The position numbers and the translations under genes were made by a program. 64,000 nucleotides of DNA from Roseiflexaceae bacterium (lineage in GTDB: Bacteria > Chloroflexota > Chloroflexia > Chloroflexales > Roseiflexaceae): assembly GCA_947450095.1 (NCBI GenBank), contig CANFUF010000006.1, positions 1,004-65,003 on the forward strand. The letters run 5' to 3'. The number at the start of each line of letters is the position of its first letter. The first letter of the stretch is position 1. Under the pieces are notes generated by a model that had not been told where the DNA came from, did not search any database, and saw only the letters and a program-made list of their open reading frames with translations. Shown one piece after another: positions 54,480 to 63,883 of this stretch.

Positions 54480-55430
54480 ATGATCCTGATTGGTGTTGAT
54501 GTGGGTGGCACAAAAACGATGGCGCTCGCCGTCGATCTGCAAGGGCGCGTGCTGGCCCGCGTCCAGGCGGGTGCCGGCAATTGGGAAGGCATCGGCCTCG
54601 CCGCTGCCGCCCAATTGTATGCCACCATCATCAACGATCTGCTCACCCACGCCAATGCTCACCCCGCTGATGTGGGCGCAGTGGCGTGGGGCTTGGCAGG
54701 CCTCGATTGGCCTTCGGACGAAGCCCGCTTACGGCCGTTGGTGGCACCACTCACTCCTGGCGCCACCGTGATTACAGTCAACGATGCCTTTTTGCCGTTG
54801 CGCGCCGGCAGTCATGACTCCTTTGGGGTAGGCGTGATTGCTGGTACCGGCAGTACTGTGGCGGGGGTGGCGGTGGATGGCCGGCGCTACCGCACCTTTG
54901 GGTTGGGCAGTGACTGGGCCGATTTCGCTGGCGCCCAGAGCCTAACCACTGCCGCCATGTGCATGGCGGCCGAAGCCCATTATGGCCGGCGCGCCCCCAC
55001 GCTTTTGACGGCATTACTGTGTGAATGGGGCGGGACGCCTGACATCCCCACCCTGGCCGAAGGATTGTCGCGGGGCACGATTGTACGTGACCCGGCGACC
55101 TTTGCGCCACGGGTAACTGAGGCTGCTGTCGCTGGTGATGCTGCCGCCGTGACGATTGTGCAGACGGCGGCACAATTGCTCGCGGACAATGCTAGTGCCG
55201 TTGCCCGCCAGCTCGATTTGACGTTACACCCTCATACGGTGGTGATTGCGGGCGGGGTGGCGCCGGCGTTGTTTGATTCGTTTCGGCAGGCATTGTTGCA
55301 TATATCACCACACGCCAAACCCGTGTTGTTGGCGTGTGATCCCGTTGTGGGAGCCGTGTTGTTGGCCTGTGACGCCGTGCAGCCCCGCATAGCCGCCCTC
55401 GTGCGGCGTGCCTTGACCAATGAGGAATAA
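54480..55430 (+). CDS. BadF/BadG/BcrA/BcrD-type ATPase (N-acetylglucosamine kinase-like)
   Basis: MILIGVDVGGTKT phosphate-1 motif and GTGS (VIAGTGSTVAG). Starts immediately after the upstream stop. Confidence 0.75.
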   Translation: MILIGVDVGGTKTMALAVDLQGRVLARVQAGAGNWEGIGLAAAAQLYATIINDLLTHANAHPADVGAVAWGLAGLDWPSDEARLRPLVAPLTPGATVITVNDAFLPLRAGSHDSFGVGVIAGTGSTVAGVAVDGRRYRTFGLGSDWADFAGAQSLTTAAMCMAAEAHYGRRAPTLLTALLCEWGGTPDIPTLAEGLSRGTIVRDPATFAPRVTEAAVAGDAAAVTIVQTAAQLLADNASAVARQLDLTLHPHTVVIAGGVAPALFDSFRQALLHISPHAKPVLLACDPVVGAVLLACDAVQPRIAALVRRALTNEE

Positions 55431-55432
55431 TC

Positions 55433-56743
55433 ATGTTGTCTGATGTGCGGCGCGGTGCAGGATTGATGGTAATGTTCTTTTTGTTAACGAGTTGTGGTGG
55501 GCTTTCGTTGGGGCAAGCGACGGCTACGCCGACCATGCCTCCCACTGCGACGATACCTGCTACACCGATTCCTGCGACTGCCACTATTGCCCCACCAGCC
55601 ACGGCCACGGTGGCGCCACTGCCTGCCACGTTGCAGGTGCGCCTGATTCAATCCGACAACAATTCACCACAACCGTTGATTGATGTCCTCACGCAGACGG
55701 CGGCGCTCCAACAATTGCCGATTACCGTTGATGCCCGCTCGCCTGATGGTACCTACGCCTTGGCAAGTACGACCGCTACTGCTGATCGTGTTGATGTTTG
55801 GATTGGTAGCGAATACGACCTGCAACAACTCATCAAACTTGGGGTTGTTGCGGCAAATGCGCCAGCGATTGCTGTTGACCATTATGCCTTGTATGACCGC
55901 GCTATTGCGAATAATGCCAAATATATGGTCATGCCGGTGGCTGCTCGCAATTATTTGGTAAGTATTTCTAATAGTGACTTGCTTGCGTCAATCCCTGACA
56001 CCACTGCTGACGTCATGAGCATCAACAACCTCATCACTGGTCGTGTGCGCTACAAAATGGCTTTTTCGTGGGCCGATGGACGCTGGTTCCAAATGTTGCT
56101 CAATCAACTGGGGGCGAGTGCGGTGCTTACCGATACGGGCTCGATTTTGCCTGACGAAATGGCTTTGACCGCCTTGCAATCGTTGGTCGATTTGCGCACC
56201 TTGGGTCCGCGTGATGCCACCACCTATGTCGAGGCAACCACTGATTTTGTGAATTGGCGGGTGCCGTTTACCATCGACGGTGATGCGGCTATCCGACGCT
56301 ACGAACGCCACCCTGATCAATTAACCGTGCATTTTGCCCCAGCGCCGCTGTATAGTGCCACTGGTCAACGGCTCCTTCCCCCCGTTGATGTGGTGTATGC
56401 GATTATCCCGCAAGCGATTCCTAGCGAGCGTCAAGCCCAAGTCATCCAACTCATCCAGGCACTCCAAGCCGTGCCCGCCCAGACGGAGTTGGTGCGCACC
56501 ATGCGGTGGGTGCCCCTCAATCGGGGGGTGGCGAGTAGTGGAGCATTGTCCGATGATGCCCTATTTGCCGTATTGGCGCCCCAAATCGATAGCATGACAC
56601 CGCAATTTTATGATGATGTCACGATATGTCGCTGGGATGCCTACGAGGCGGTGTTACCGATGGTGTTGCTACGGGATATTCCCCTGCAAAACGGGATTGA
56701 TGCTATCAATAATGGTTTGCGGAAATGTCTCATCGTGCCGTAA
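55433..56743 (+). CDS. Lipoprotein resembling a family-1 extracellular solute-binding protein, orphan
   Basis: Lipobox LLTSCGG and a Thr/Pro/Ala-rich linker. About 350 aa with weak SBP1-like features (WIGSEYDL, FTIDGDAAIRRY). No permease adjacent. Family call is tentative. Confidence 0.55.
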   Translation: MLSDVRRGAGLMVMFFLLTSCGGLSLGQATATPTMPPTATIPATPIPATATIAPPATATVAPLPATLQVRLIQSDNNSPQPLIDVLTQTAALQQLPITVDARSPDGTYALASTTATADRVDVWIGSEYDLQQLIKLGVVAANAPAIAVDHYALYDRAIANNAKYMVMPVAARNYLVSISNSDLLASIPDTTADVMSINNLITGRVRYKMAFSWADGRWFQMLLNQLGASAVLTDTGSILPDEMALTALQSLVDLRTLGPRDATTYVEATTDFVNWRVPFTIDGDAAIRRYERHPDQLTVHFAPAPLYSATGQRLLPPVDVVYAIIPQAIPSERQAQVIQLIQALQAVPAQTELVRTMRWVPLNRGVASSGALSDDALFAVLAPQIDSMTPQFYDDVTICRWDAYEAVLPMVLLRDIPLQNGIDAINNGLRKCLIVP

Positions 56744-56801
56744 TCTTGGCCACTCGTCAATTCATCCATGCTGTGGTACAGTGATGCAAATGGAGTGAAC
56801 G

Positions 56802-57758
56802 ATGGAAAACACGTTACAACAATTACGCCAAAAAAGTGGCTTATCGATGGTCGATGTGGCAACACGCACCGGTATTCCGGTGCGTGATATCGCTGCGGCC
56901 GAGCACGGCTTACGCCCGCTCGACGCTAACCAATTAGTGCAACTCAGTAAACTCTATGAAGTAACGGTTAAGCAACTTATCCGTTTGCCCAACGCCAACA
57001 AGGCAACGCCGTATTTGTGGATACTGGGGCTGGGGACGATTTTTATTATTGCCTCGGCAGTAGTCATGCTGGGTGGGTCGATGTTGGTGATGAGTATGCC
57101 GGCCACCCGCGTGCTCGCCGAAACACACGTGATTGCCCAGTTGGCGGATTCTCCCGATGGGGCCAGCAATCAGCTTCGCCAACATTTGGTGCAATTAGCG
57201 TTGAGTCCGGCAGTTTCACAAAAAATCATCGCCGCTGATTCCGCAACTGCCGCTCAGTTCCCCGCCGATGCACCAGCGAGTCACCCGTTAGCCGCTATTG
57301 CATCGAAACGGGGCTTGCCAGGGGCGCCATTTGGTTGTCCGATACGCCCATTAAAAGGTAAAGTCATCATGACGCAAGGCTATGCGGTTGGTACCCATGC
57401 CCCTGCTTCGATTTGGGGAGCGGTCGATTTGGCCGTTGACTCCAATGGTGATGGCAATGCTGATCCCAGCGACACCCTCGGTGCCCCGATTGTGGCCTTG
57501 CATTCTGGGATTGCCCGGGTTGTCCCCAACAACTGGTTGGCAGGTAATTATGTGCGTATCACCGATGAAATCAATGGCTGGGCTACCGCTTACGCCCACC
57601 TCAGTAAGCTCAATATTGTTAGTGGCCAACAAGTCGAAACGGGGATGATTATCGGTTGGGTTGGTGATACGGGCTACGCCAGTGGACCGCATCTCCACTA
57701 CGAAGTCTACCAACACGACGTCAACATTAATCCTCTCTCCATCCTCGAATGTTGGTGA
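56802..57758 (+). CDS. Membrane-tethered XRE-type HTH protein fused to an M23 (LytM-type) metallopeptidase domain
   Basis: LRQKSGLSMVDVATRTGIPVRDIAAAEHG HTH. TM segment YLWILGLGTIFIIASAVVMLGGSMLVM. C-terminal GNYVRITDE...AYAHL...GDTGYASGPHLHYEV. Confidence 0.75.
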   Translation: MENTLQQLRQKSGLSMVDVATRTGIPVRDIAAAEHGLRPLDANQLVQLSKLYEVTVKQLIRLPNANKATPYLWILGLGTIFIIASAVVMLGGSMLVMSMPATRVLAETHVIAQLADSPDGASNQLRQHLVQLALSPAVSQKIIAADSATAAQFPADAPASHPLAAIASKRGLPGAPFGCPIRPLKGKVIMTQGYAVGTHAPASIWGAVDLAVDSNGDGNADPSDTLGAPIVALHSGIARVVPNNWLAGNYVRITDEINGWATAYAHLSKLNIVSGQQVETGMIIGWVGDTGYASGPHLHYEVYQHDVNINPLSILECW

Positions 57759-57783
57759 TACAATACCCCTAGTTCGCAATGAG

Positions 57784-57809
57784 GCGGAACCGTACGGTTC
57801 CGCTTTTTT
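57784..57809 (+). terminator. Rho-independent terminator after the HTH-M23 gene
   Basis: gcggaaccg / cggttccgc stem, followed by T6 (57804-57809). Confidence 0.7.
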
Positions 57810-57825
57810 AATTGGGAGTCACGCT

Positions 57826-59400
57826 ATGTTTCGTATTTTGGTTGCAGAACCGATTGCCGAAGAAGGTTTGGCGCGGTTGGTGAATTCGGCCCAAATAGAT
57901 GTCAACCCCACCATAAAACGTCCCGAATTATTGGCAATAATTGCTGATTATGATGCGCTTATAGTGCGGAGCGCCACCAAGGTCGATGCCGAATTGCTGG
58001 CGCTCGGTACCAAACTGCGGGTGGTCGGTCGCGCTGGTACGGGTGTCGACAACATTGATGTCGAAAGCGCCACCCGACTCGGCATCGTCGTCGTTAACGC
58101 CCCCGCCTCAAATAGCGTCGCTGTGGCCGAACTGGCCATTGGCTTGATTTTGGCGTTGGCCCGCCACATCCCTCAGGCGCACCAACATGTCGCCCAAGGG
58201 GGCTGGAGCCGTGCCAAGTTCATGGGGCACGAAGTGCGTGGCAAAACCCTCGGCCTAGTCGGATTTGGCCGTATCGGTGCCGAAGTGTCACGCCGGGCCC
58301 GAGCTCTCGAAATGGATGTCATCGCCTATGACCCAGTGGTCTCGACCGAACGTGCCTTGCAACTAGGGGTCACGTTGTGTGCCCTCGACGAAGTCTTGCA
58401 ACGCAGTGATTTCGTGTCGTTACATGTGCCGTTAATCGATGCCACCCGCCACTTGCTCAACGCCTCCCGCCTCGCCATGATGAAACCCACGGCCTATCTC
58501 ATCAACGCCGCCCGGGGTGGCGTGATTGACGAAGCTGCCTTGGCTGATGCCTTGGCCAACAACCGACTCGGCGGCGCAGCCCTCGACGCCTATGAACAAG
58601 AACCGCCGGTCAATTCTCCGCTCCTCGATAACCCCAAAGTGATTACCATCCCCCATTTGGGTGCTTCGACGGTCGAAGCCCAAGCCTCGACGGGCGTCGA
58701 TGTGGCCGATGGCGTGCTTGATGCCCTCAAAGGCGAATCACCCCGCTATGCGGTCAATTCGCCCTATATTGCCCCCGAAGAAGTCAATTTCCTCACCCCA
58801 TATGCCACCTTGGCTCGTAGCCTCGGCAAATTGTGCTTGGGTCTGGCCGATGAGCCCATCCAACGCTACGAATTCGTCTATGCCGGCGAACTTGCCAACA
58901 CCAACACCGCCCCCCTGCGGGTAGCCTTGCTCCAAGGGTTGTTGACTGGCGTTAGCGAACAACGCATCACTGCCGTCAATGCCCCCATCATCGCCAAAGA
59001 ACGGGGTGTGCGCTTTGGGGAACGCACCGTGCCCGAAGTCGAAAACTACGCCGGTATGCTCGAACTCCAAGCTCATACTGCCAGCGGCGTGCACGTCTTT
59101 AGCGGTACGGTGTTGCGTGATCGCCCCTACGTGGTCGAACTCGACGGCTACTGGGTCACCTTCGAGCCCGCCGGTTCGCTGTTGTTTACCTATCATCGTG
59201 ACCGACCGGGTATGGTAGGTCGGGTGGGAACGTTGCTGGGCACCGTCGACGTCAACATTTCCAGCATGCAAGTGGGGCGTCTCGCCCCGCGCGAGCAATC
59301 GCTGATGGTGCTGACCTGCGACGATCACATTCCCGATAGTGTGGTGGCGCAACTGATGGCTGAATCGCATATCGAACGTGCTGTGGCCTTGGAATTATAA
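57826..59400 (+). CDS. serA: D-3-phosphoglycerate dehydrogenase (long form with ASB and ACT domains)
   Basis: MFRILVAEPIAEEG, GFGRIGAEVSRRA, and a C-terminal ACT-like region (PGMVGRVGTLLG). ATG 57826 is preceded by GGGAG; the track ORF is an N-terminal extension. Confidence 0.9.
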   Translation: MFRILVAEPIAEEGLARLVNSAQIDVNPTIKRPELLAIIADYDALIVRSATKVDAELLALGTKLRVVGRAGTGVDNIDVESATRLGIVVVNAPASNSVAVAELAIGLILALARHIPQAHQHVAQGGWSRAKFMGHEVRGKTLGLVGFGRIGAEVSRRARALEMDVIAYDPVVSTERALQLGVTLCALDEVLQRSDFVSLHVPLIDATRHLLNASRLAMMKPTAYLINAARGGVIDEAALADALANNRLGGAALDAYEQEPPVNSPLLDNPKVITIPHLGASTVEAQASTGVDVADGVLDALKGESPRYAVNSPYIAPEEVNFLTPYATLARSLGKLCLGLADEPIQRYEFVYAGELANTNTAPLRVALLQGLLTGVSEQRITAVNAPIIAKERGVRFGERTVPEVENYAGMLELQAHTASGVHVFSGTVLRDRPYVVELDGYWVTFEPAGSLLFTYHRDRPGMVGRVGTLLGTVDVNISSMQVGRLAPREQSLMVLTCDDHIPDSVVAQLMAESHIERAVALEL

Positions 59401-59419
59401 AATTCACGTTGTGTAAAAA

Positions 59420-59453
59420 CACCCCCCGTCGCAGTTTTTGCGACGGGGGGGTG
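59420..59453. terminator. Terminator hairpin between convergent serA and clpC-type genes
   Basis: caccccccgtcgc / gcgacgggggggtg stem (one bulged G). T5 follows on the minus strand, ttgtg on the plus strand. Confidence 0.6.
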
Positions 59454-59465
59454 TTGTGCGGTCTG

Positions 59466-61937
59466 TTAGACTTGGGCGGTTGGTTGGGTCTGTGGCACTT
59501 CGAGGCGCTCGGCTTTGCTAAAGCGCAATTGTTTGCCGTCTTCGTGGACCTCGCCGATGACAAAGTCGCCACTGGCGAATGCGCCATTGAGGATTTCGCG
59601 CGCCATGGGGGTCTCGATGCTCCGTTGTACGGTGCGGCGTAACGGCCGGGCGCCATAGGCTGGGTTGAAGCCAGTGGCTACCAGCCACGATTTGGCTCCT
59701 TGGTCGAGCGTCAAGGTAATCCCTTGTTCGAGCAGGCGCTTCTGCACATCGGCGGCGATGATATCGACGATTTGGATTAACTCGACTTCGGTCAACGGGT
59801 GGAAGACGATGACATCATCGATGCGGTTGAGGAACTCGGGCCGGAAGGCTTGTTTCATTGCTTCCATCACCCGTACCTGTGCTGCTGCTTGATCGTGTTT
59901 GTCGATCGCCTTGACCAAGCCAATCCCTTGTTGTTTGACGTGCTCGGTGCCAATGTTGGATGTCATAATCACGATGGTATTGCTGAAATCAACCGTCCGG
60001 CCTTGACCATCGGTCAAGCGTCCGTCGTCGAGCAACTGCAACAACGTGTTAAACACATCGGGGTGGGCTTTTTCGATTTCGTCGAACAGCACTACTTGGT
60101 AGGGGCGGCGGCGGATGCGCTCAGTCAATTGACCGGCATCGTCGTAGCCCACATATCCCGGAGGGGCACCCAACAAACGTGACACGGTGTGGCGCTCTTG
60201 GAATTCCGACATATCGATGCGGATCATGGCGTCTTCGCTGTCAAACATGAATTCTGCCAGCGCCTTGGCCAATTCGGTTTTGCCGACACCCGTGGGTCCT
60301 ACGAATACGAAGCTGCCAATCGGCCGGCGGGGATCGGCCATGCCACTGCGGGCGCGGCGGATGGCGTCAGACACCGCCACAATCGCTTCACGTTGGCCGA
60401 TGACCCGTTTTTGCAAACGCTCCTCCATGTGGACCAACTTCTCACGCTCGCGTTCGAGCATGCGCATGACTGGCACACCCGTCCACGATGAGACAATTTG
60501 GGCAATATCTTCGGCATCGACAATCTCGTCGAGGTTGGCTGTTTTGCGCCAGGCGTCGCGTTCGGTAGTGAACGATTGTTCGAGTTTGAGGAATTCGGCG
60601 CGAATTACCACGGCCCGCTCATAATCGCGTTTCTGGCTGGCATCTTCTTCGGCCACACGTAATTCTTGGAGCTTTTGCTCTTGGGTGCGCAATTCTTTGG
60701 GCATCGAATACATGTCGATACGCAATTTGGCCGAGGCTTCGTCGAGCAAATCGATGGCTTTGTCGGGCAAAAACCGGTCAGTGATAAAGCGACTCGACAA
60801 GCGCACGGCGGCATCGATGGCATCGTCACTAATCGCCAATTTGTGATGCTCTTCGTAGCGGTGGCGCAAGCCCCGCAACATGGCGATAGTGGTGGGTACG
60901 TCGGGCTCTTCCACAAATACTGGACTAAAACGGCGCTCGAGGGCGGGGTCTTTTTCGATGTGCTTGCGGTATTCATCGAGGGTAGTGGCACCAATGACTT
61001 GCAACTCGCCCCGGGCCAGTGACGGCTTGAGCATGTTCGAGGCATCGATTGAGCCTTGGGCGGCGCCTGCCCCCACCACGGTGTGCAATTCATCGATGAA
61101 CAGAATGATTTTGCCTTGGGCGGCGCGGATTTCGTCCATCACCCCTTTGAGGCGCTCTTCGAATTCACCGCGGAACTTGGAGCCGGCCACCATCGCCCCC
61201 AAATCGAGTGACAAAACCTGCTTGCCAATCAGGGGTTGGGGCACGTCGTTTTCGTGGATGCGTTGTGCCAGCCCTTCGGCGATGGCAGTTTTGCCGACGC
61301 CCGTTTCACCGACCAGCACCGGATTGTTTTTGTTACGCCGACTGAGGATGCGGATGACACGGGTGATTTCGGTTTCGCGACCAATCACCGGATCAAGTTT
61401 GCCTTCGCTGGCTAATTTGGTTAAATCGACGCTGTATTTCGACAATACTTCGTATTTGCTGTCGGCATTGGGGGTGTCAGAGCGCTGGGTGCCACGGATT
61501 TCCATGAGTGCTTGGTACAAGCGCTCTTGGGTAATATTGAAGCTACTCAAAATGCGTTGGGATGCGCCATCACGCTCATTGAGGATAGCAATCAAAATGT
61601 GCTCGATGCCCGTAAATTGGTCATTGAGGCGTTGGGCTTCATCTTCGGCGCGCTTGACCAAGCGTTGCGTGCGTGGCGTGATATAGACCTGGTTGCCATA
61701 AATGTTTTGGCCATATACCTTGGGGGATTTCTCGAGTTCGTATTCGACCCGTTGTGACACGAGCTCGACATCGACGCCCAATTTGGTCAAGGCTTTGCCG
61801 GTCAACCCGTCACGTTGGCGTAGGAGGGCGAGAAAAATATGTTCCACGTCGAGCTGGGTATGGTGCAAACCGCCCATTATGGTTTGGGCTTCGTGGAAGG
61901 CTTCTTGGGCTTTTTCGGTAAATCGTTCAAGTCTCAT
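59466..61937 (-). CDS. clpC: Class I Clp/Hsp100 AAA+ chaperone, ClpC-type
   Basis: Two Walker A sites ([26 protein letters not shown]). Short middle domain with a UVR-like [17 protein letters not shown] loop lies where ClpC carries the ClpP-docking VGF. Start at [11 protein letters not shown] (61937). Confidence 0.8.
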   Translation of the reverse strand: MRLERFTEKAQEAFHEAQTIMGGLHHTQLDVEHIFLALLRQRDGLTGKALTKLGVDVELVSQRVEYELEKSPKVYGQNIYGNQVYITPRTQRLVKRAEDEAQRLNDQFTGIEHILIAILNERDGASQRILSSFNITQERLYQALMEIRGTQRSDTPNADSKYEVLSKYSVDLTKLASEGKLDPVIGRETEITRVIRILSRRNKNNPVLVGETGVGKTAIAEGLAQRIHENDVPQPLIGKQVLSLDLGAMVAGSKFRGEFEERLKGVMDEIRAAQGKIILFIDELHTVVGAGAAQGSIDASNMLKPSLARGELQVIGATTLDEYRKHIEKDPALERRFSPVFVEEPDVPTTIAMLRGLRHRYEEHHKLAISDDAIDAAVRLSSRFITDRFLPDKAIDLLDEASAKLRIDMYSMPKELRTQEQKLQELRVAEEDASQKRDYERAVVIRAEFLKLEQSFTTERDAWRKTANLDEIVDAEDIAQIVSSWTGVPVMRMLEREREKLVHMEERLQKRVIGQREAIVAVSDAIRRARSGMADPRRPIGSFVFVGPTGVGKTELAKALAEFMFDSEDAMIRIDMSEFQERHTVSRLLGAPPGYVGYDDAGQLTERIRRRPYQVVLFDEIEKAHPDVFNTLLQLLDDGRLTDGQGRTVDFSNTIVIMTSNIGTEHVKQQGIGLVKAIDKHDQAAAQVRVMEAMKQAFRPEFLNRIDDVIVFHPLTEVELIQIVDIIAADVQKRLLEQGITLTLDQGAKSWLVATGFNPAYGARPLRRTVQRSIETPMAREILNGAFASGDFVIGEVHEDGKQLRFSKAERLEVPQTQPTAQV

Positions 61938-62060
61938 AGTTAATACCTCGTCGTCATCAGATTTTTTGGGGGGATGACTTATCAGTAGTATAGCACGCAT
62001 GATTTTTTTGGTTATTTGAGGAATATTAGAAATCGTCGTGTTGTGTGCCGTTATTTGAGT

Positions 62061-62101
62061 AAAAAAACTCCCCCACCGCAGGTATGGCACCAACAGTGGG
62101 G
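62061..62101 (-). terminator. Rho-independent terminator after the nucleoside phosphorylase gene
   Basis: On the minus strand: ccccactg...cggtgggg (8 bp with one G-U), then agttttttt. Confidence 0.55.
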
Positions 62102-62116
62102 TAATGGGGGGCGTGG

Positions 62117-62902
62117 TTATGGTTGCAGGCGCCAGGCGACTTCGGTGGCGACCATGGTTAAGTGATGGCGCAAGCTGGCGTGGGTATGCCAACCGCGACT
62201 ATCCCAGACTTCGCTACTGAGATCATCGCCGCTATACAAAATCTGGCCGAATTGCACGTTGCGGAGCTGGGCGACGGCCAGAAATGAGGCGTTTTCCATT
62301 TCGACGGTCAAGCAGCCTTCGTTGCGGCGGCGTTCGACTTTGGCCACTGTTTCACGGTAAAACGCATCGGTGGTCCAGGTTGACCCCTCGACAAAGGGAA
62401 TCTGTTGCTCGGTGAGCACATCCCGGATGACTTGGGTGACGGCGGGCTGGGCGGCTATCCAACGACTGGGGGCGACATAATGGTACGACGTCCCTTCATC
62501 GCGGAGCGCCATGGTGGGTACCACCACATGCCCCACGGTGAGTTGTTGTTGCAGCGATCCGGCCCCACCGATGGCGACGATTTGGCGAATGCCATGGCCG
62601 ATGAGTTCTTCGATCAAAGCACTGCCGATGGGCCCACCCACACTGGGGTGCATCAGGCAGATTTGACCGCCGTGGGGCATGGTAAAGACGTACAGGGGAT
62701 GAGCACCCATTTCGCTACGCAAGGCATAGACTTCACGCAGGGCGCCGTCTTTGACCAATTGTTCAATCACATCATGGAAAAAACAGAGCACCACCGCGCT
62801 GGGGATATCGAGTGGGCGACTATGGTCGGCCGCATTGATAAAGGCGCGCGGATTGGAGTCAAACTCCAACAACGGAATCTGATCGTTGTTGGGCAATGTC
62901 AT
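62117..62902 (-). CDS. PNP/UDP family nucleoside phosphorylase (uridine-phosphorylase-like)
   Basis: ICLMHPSVGGPIGSALIEELIGHGIRQIVAIGGAGSL and TVEMENASF are typical PNP_UDP_1 motifs. ATGA overlap with the upstream dioxygenase gene. Confidence 0.75.
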   Translation of the reverse strand: MTLPNNDQIPLLEFDSNPRAFINAADHSRPLDIPSAVVLCFFHDVIEQLVKDGALREVYALRSEMGAHPLYVFTMPHGGQICLMHPSVGGPIGSALIEELIGHGIRQIVAIGGAGSLQQQLTVGHVVVPTMALRDEGTSYHYVAPSRWIAAQPAVTQVIRDVLTEQQIPFVEGSTWTTDAFYRETVAKVERRRNEGCLTVEMENASFLAVAQLRNVQFGQILYSGDDLSSEVWDSRGWHTHASLRHHLTMVATEVAWRLQP

Positions 62903-63807
62903 AGCATGTCGTCCATCGACCAGTGGTTGTTCCAACGCACATCGACTTCGTCACGGACGCGTTGGAAGCGAATATCGGTGGACAAGCGCATGGTGCCATC
63001 ATCGGCTTCGTTGGTGGTGGCCGCGTGGATCATGTAGGCACTATGCACCACCATGTCACCCGCTTCGTAGTCGGCCACCAGCCAGCGGCTATCGAGGCGA
63101 TTGGCCAGCTCGGGTAAATCTTTGGTGAGCCAGCCACTCGACGACATGTTTTTGTTGTAGGCGCTGATTTGATCTTCGCGGCTCATGCCCTCGTTTTTGG
63201 CGCGGAATTCGGCTTCCATGCGGCGGCCCCAGGTGTCAGAACCTTCGAGGTAGACCAGTCCACCCATTTTGACGGGGACGTCGCCGATGGGAATCCAGCT
63301 CGTGGCCACCGTATCAGTACCTGCCCGCAAATAGGTCAAATCATAGTGGGCGCCGGTGGAATTGGCATCGTGTGGCTTGACGTAACGGATGAGTTTGCGT
63401 TTGTGCAGGTAGGGTTCGCCACCAAACAGGGCCGTATAGAACTCATAAATCGGTGCTTGCAAACAAAACGATTCATAGGCTGCCCAGCGCACCACTTCGT
63501 GGGTGATTTTGGCGATTTGGGCGTGGTCTTCACTGGCACCACTATAAATGCCGGCAGCCGGGTCGGTATCTGGTTTGAGCAGACCAGCGACTTGGTAGGC
63601 CGCAAAAAAGCGCTTGCGGAAGGCCAGCACTGCGTTGCGATCGAGGATGCCCTTGAGCCATAAATAGCCTTGGGCAGCGAATTGGTCGCGGAGTTCATTG
63701 ATGGGGGCGTGGGGATTTGAGGGCGTCAATCGCCCCATGCGGGCCGGGTCATTGGTGATGGTAAAGCCGTTGCTGACAAGTGGAGCGGGGTAGGCAAGTA
63801 TTGTCAT
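62899..63807 (-). CDS. Phytanoyl-CoA dioxygenase (PhyH) family Fe(II)/2-oxoglutarate oxygenase
   Basis: FAAQGYLWLKGIL N-terminus, an H-x-D facial-triad candidate (GAHYDLTY), distal His (VVHSAYMIHAA) and Arg (RLSTDIRF). Confidence 0.8.
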   Translation of the reverse strand: MTILAYPAPLVSNGFTITNDPARMGRLTPSNPHAPINELRDQFAAQGYLWLKGILDRNAVLAFRKRFFAAYQVAGLLKPDTDPAAGIYSGASEDHAQIAKITHEVVRWAAYESFCLQAPIYEFYTALFGGEPYLHKRKLIRYVKPHDANSTGAHYDLTYLRAGTDTVATSWIPIGDVPVKMGGLVYLEGSDTWGRRMEAEFRAKNEGMSREDQISAYNKNMSSSGWLTKDLPELANRLDSRWLVADYEAGDMVVHSAYMIHAATTNEADDGTMRLSTDIRFQRVRDEVDVRWNNHWSMDDML

Positions 63808-63843
63808 CGGGTATCTCCTTTGATGATGATGTGAGTATTATAG

Positions 63844-63883
63844 CGTATCGTACAGCCGCAGCAGGCTGCGTCTGTACGATGCG
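63844..63883. repeat. Imperfect 12-bp inverted repeat enclosing a second small dyad
   Basis: cgtatcgtacag (63844-63855) versus ctgtacgatgcg (63872-63883), one mismatch. Inner dyad cgcagc-agg-ctgcg. Lies upstream of the PhyH gene start. Confidence 0.3.

Noticed and set aside
55192-55629. 145-aa minus-strand ORF (MAGSGATVAVAGG...) bridging the BadF-type kinase and lipoprotein genes
   Set aside because: It lies antisense to two translationally coupled plus-strand genes. It is a low-complexity Ala/Gly/Val/Pro sequence with no start context.
59466-61937. Initial call of this AAA+ protein as ClpB
   Set aside because: The middle domain is short (about 65 aa, with a UVR-like [12 protein letters not shown]) rather than the ~125-aa ClpB coiled coil. 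A GIGL loop sits where ClpP-docking VGF/IGF tripeptides occur. It was therefore re-called as ClpC-type.
61938-62116. Heat-shock operators (CIRCE, HAIR) upstream of the Clp ATPase gene
   Set aside because: No TTAGCACTC-N9-GAGTGCTAA is present. Only a half-match TTGAGT-N7-CTC to the HspR HAIR dyad exists, which is too weak to report as a site.
59466-62192. Extended track ORFs with long N-terminal extensions (this 908-aa ORF; also 43376..44701, 57661..59400, 1183..2166, 48118..49527)
   Set aside because: In each case the conserved family N-terminus begins at an internal ATG preceded by a Shine-Dalgarno-like sequence. The extension has low-complexity or atypical composition, or overlaps a neighbouring gene or terminator.
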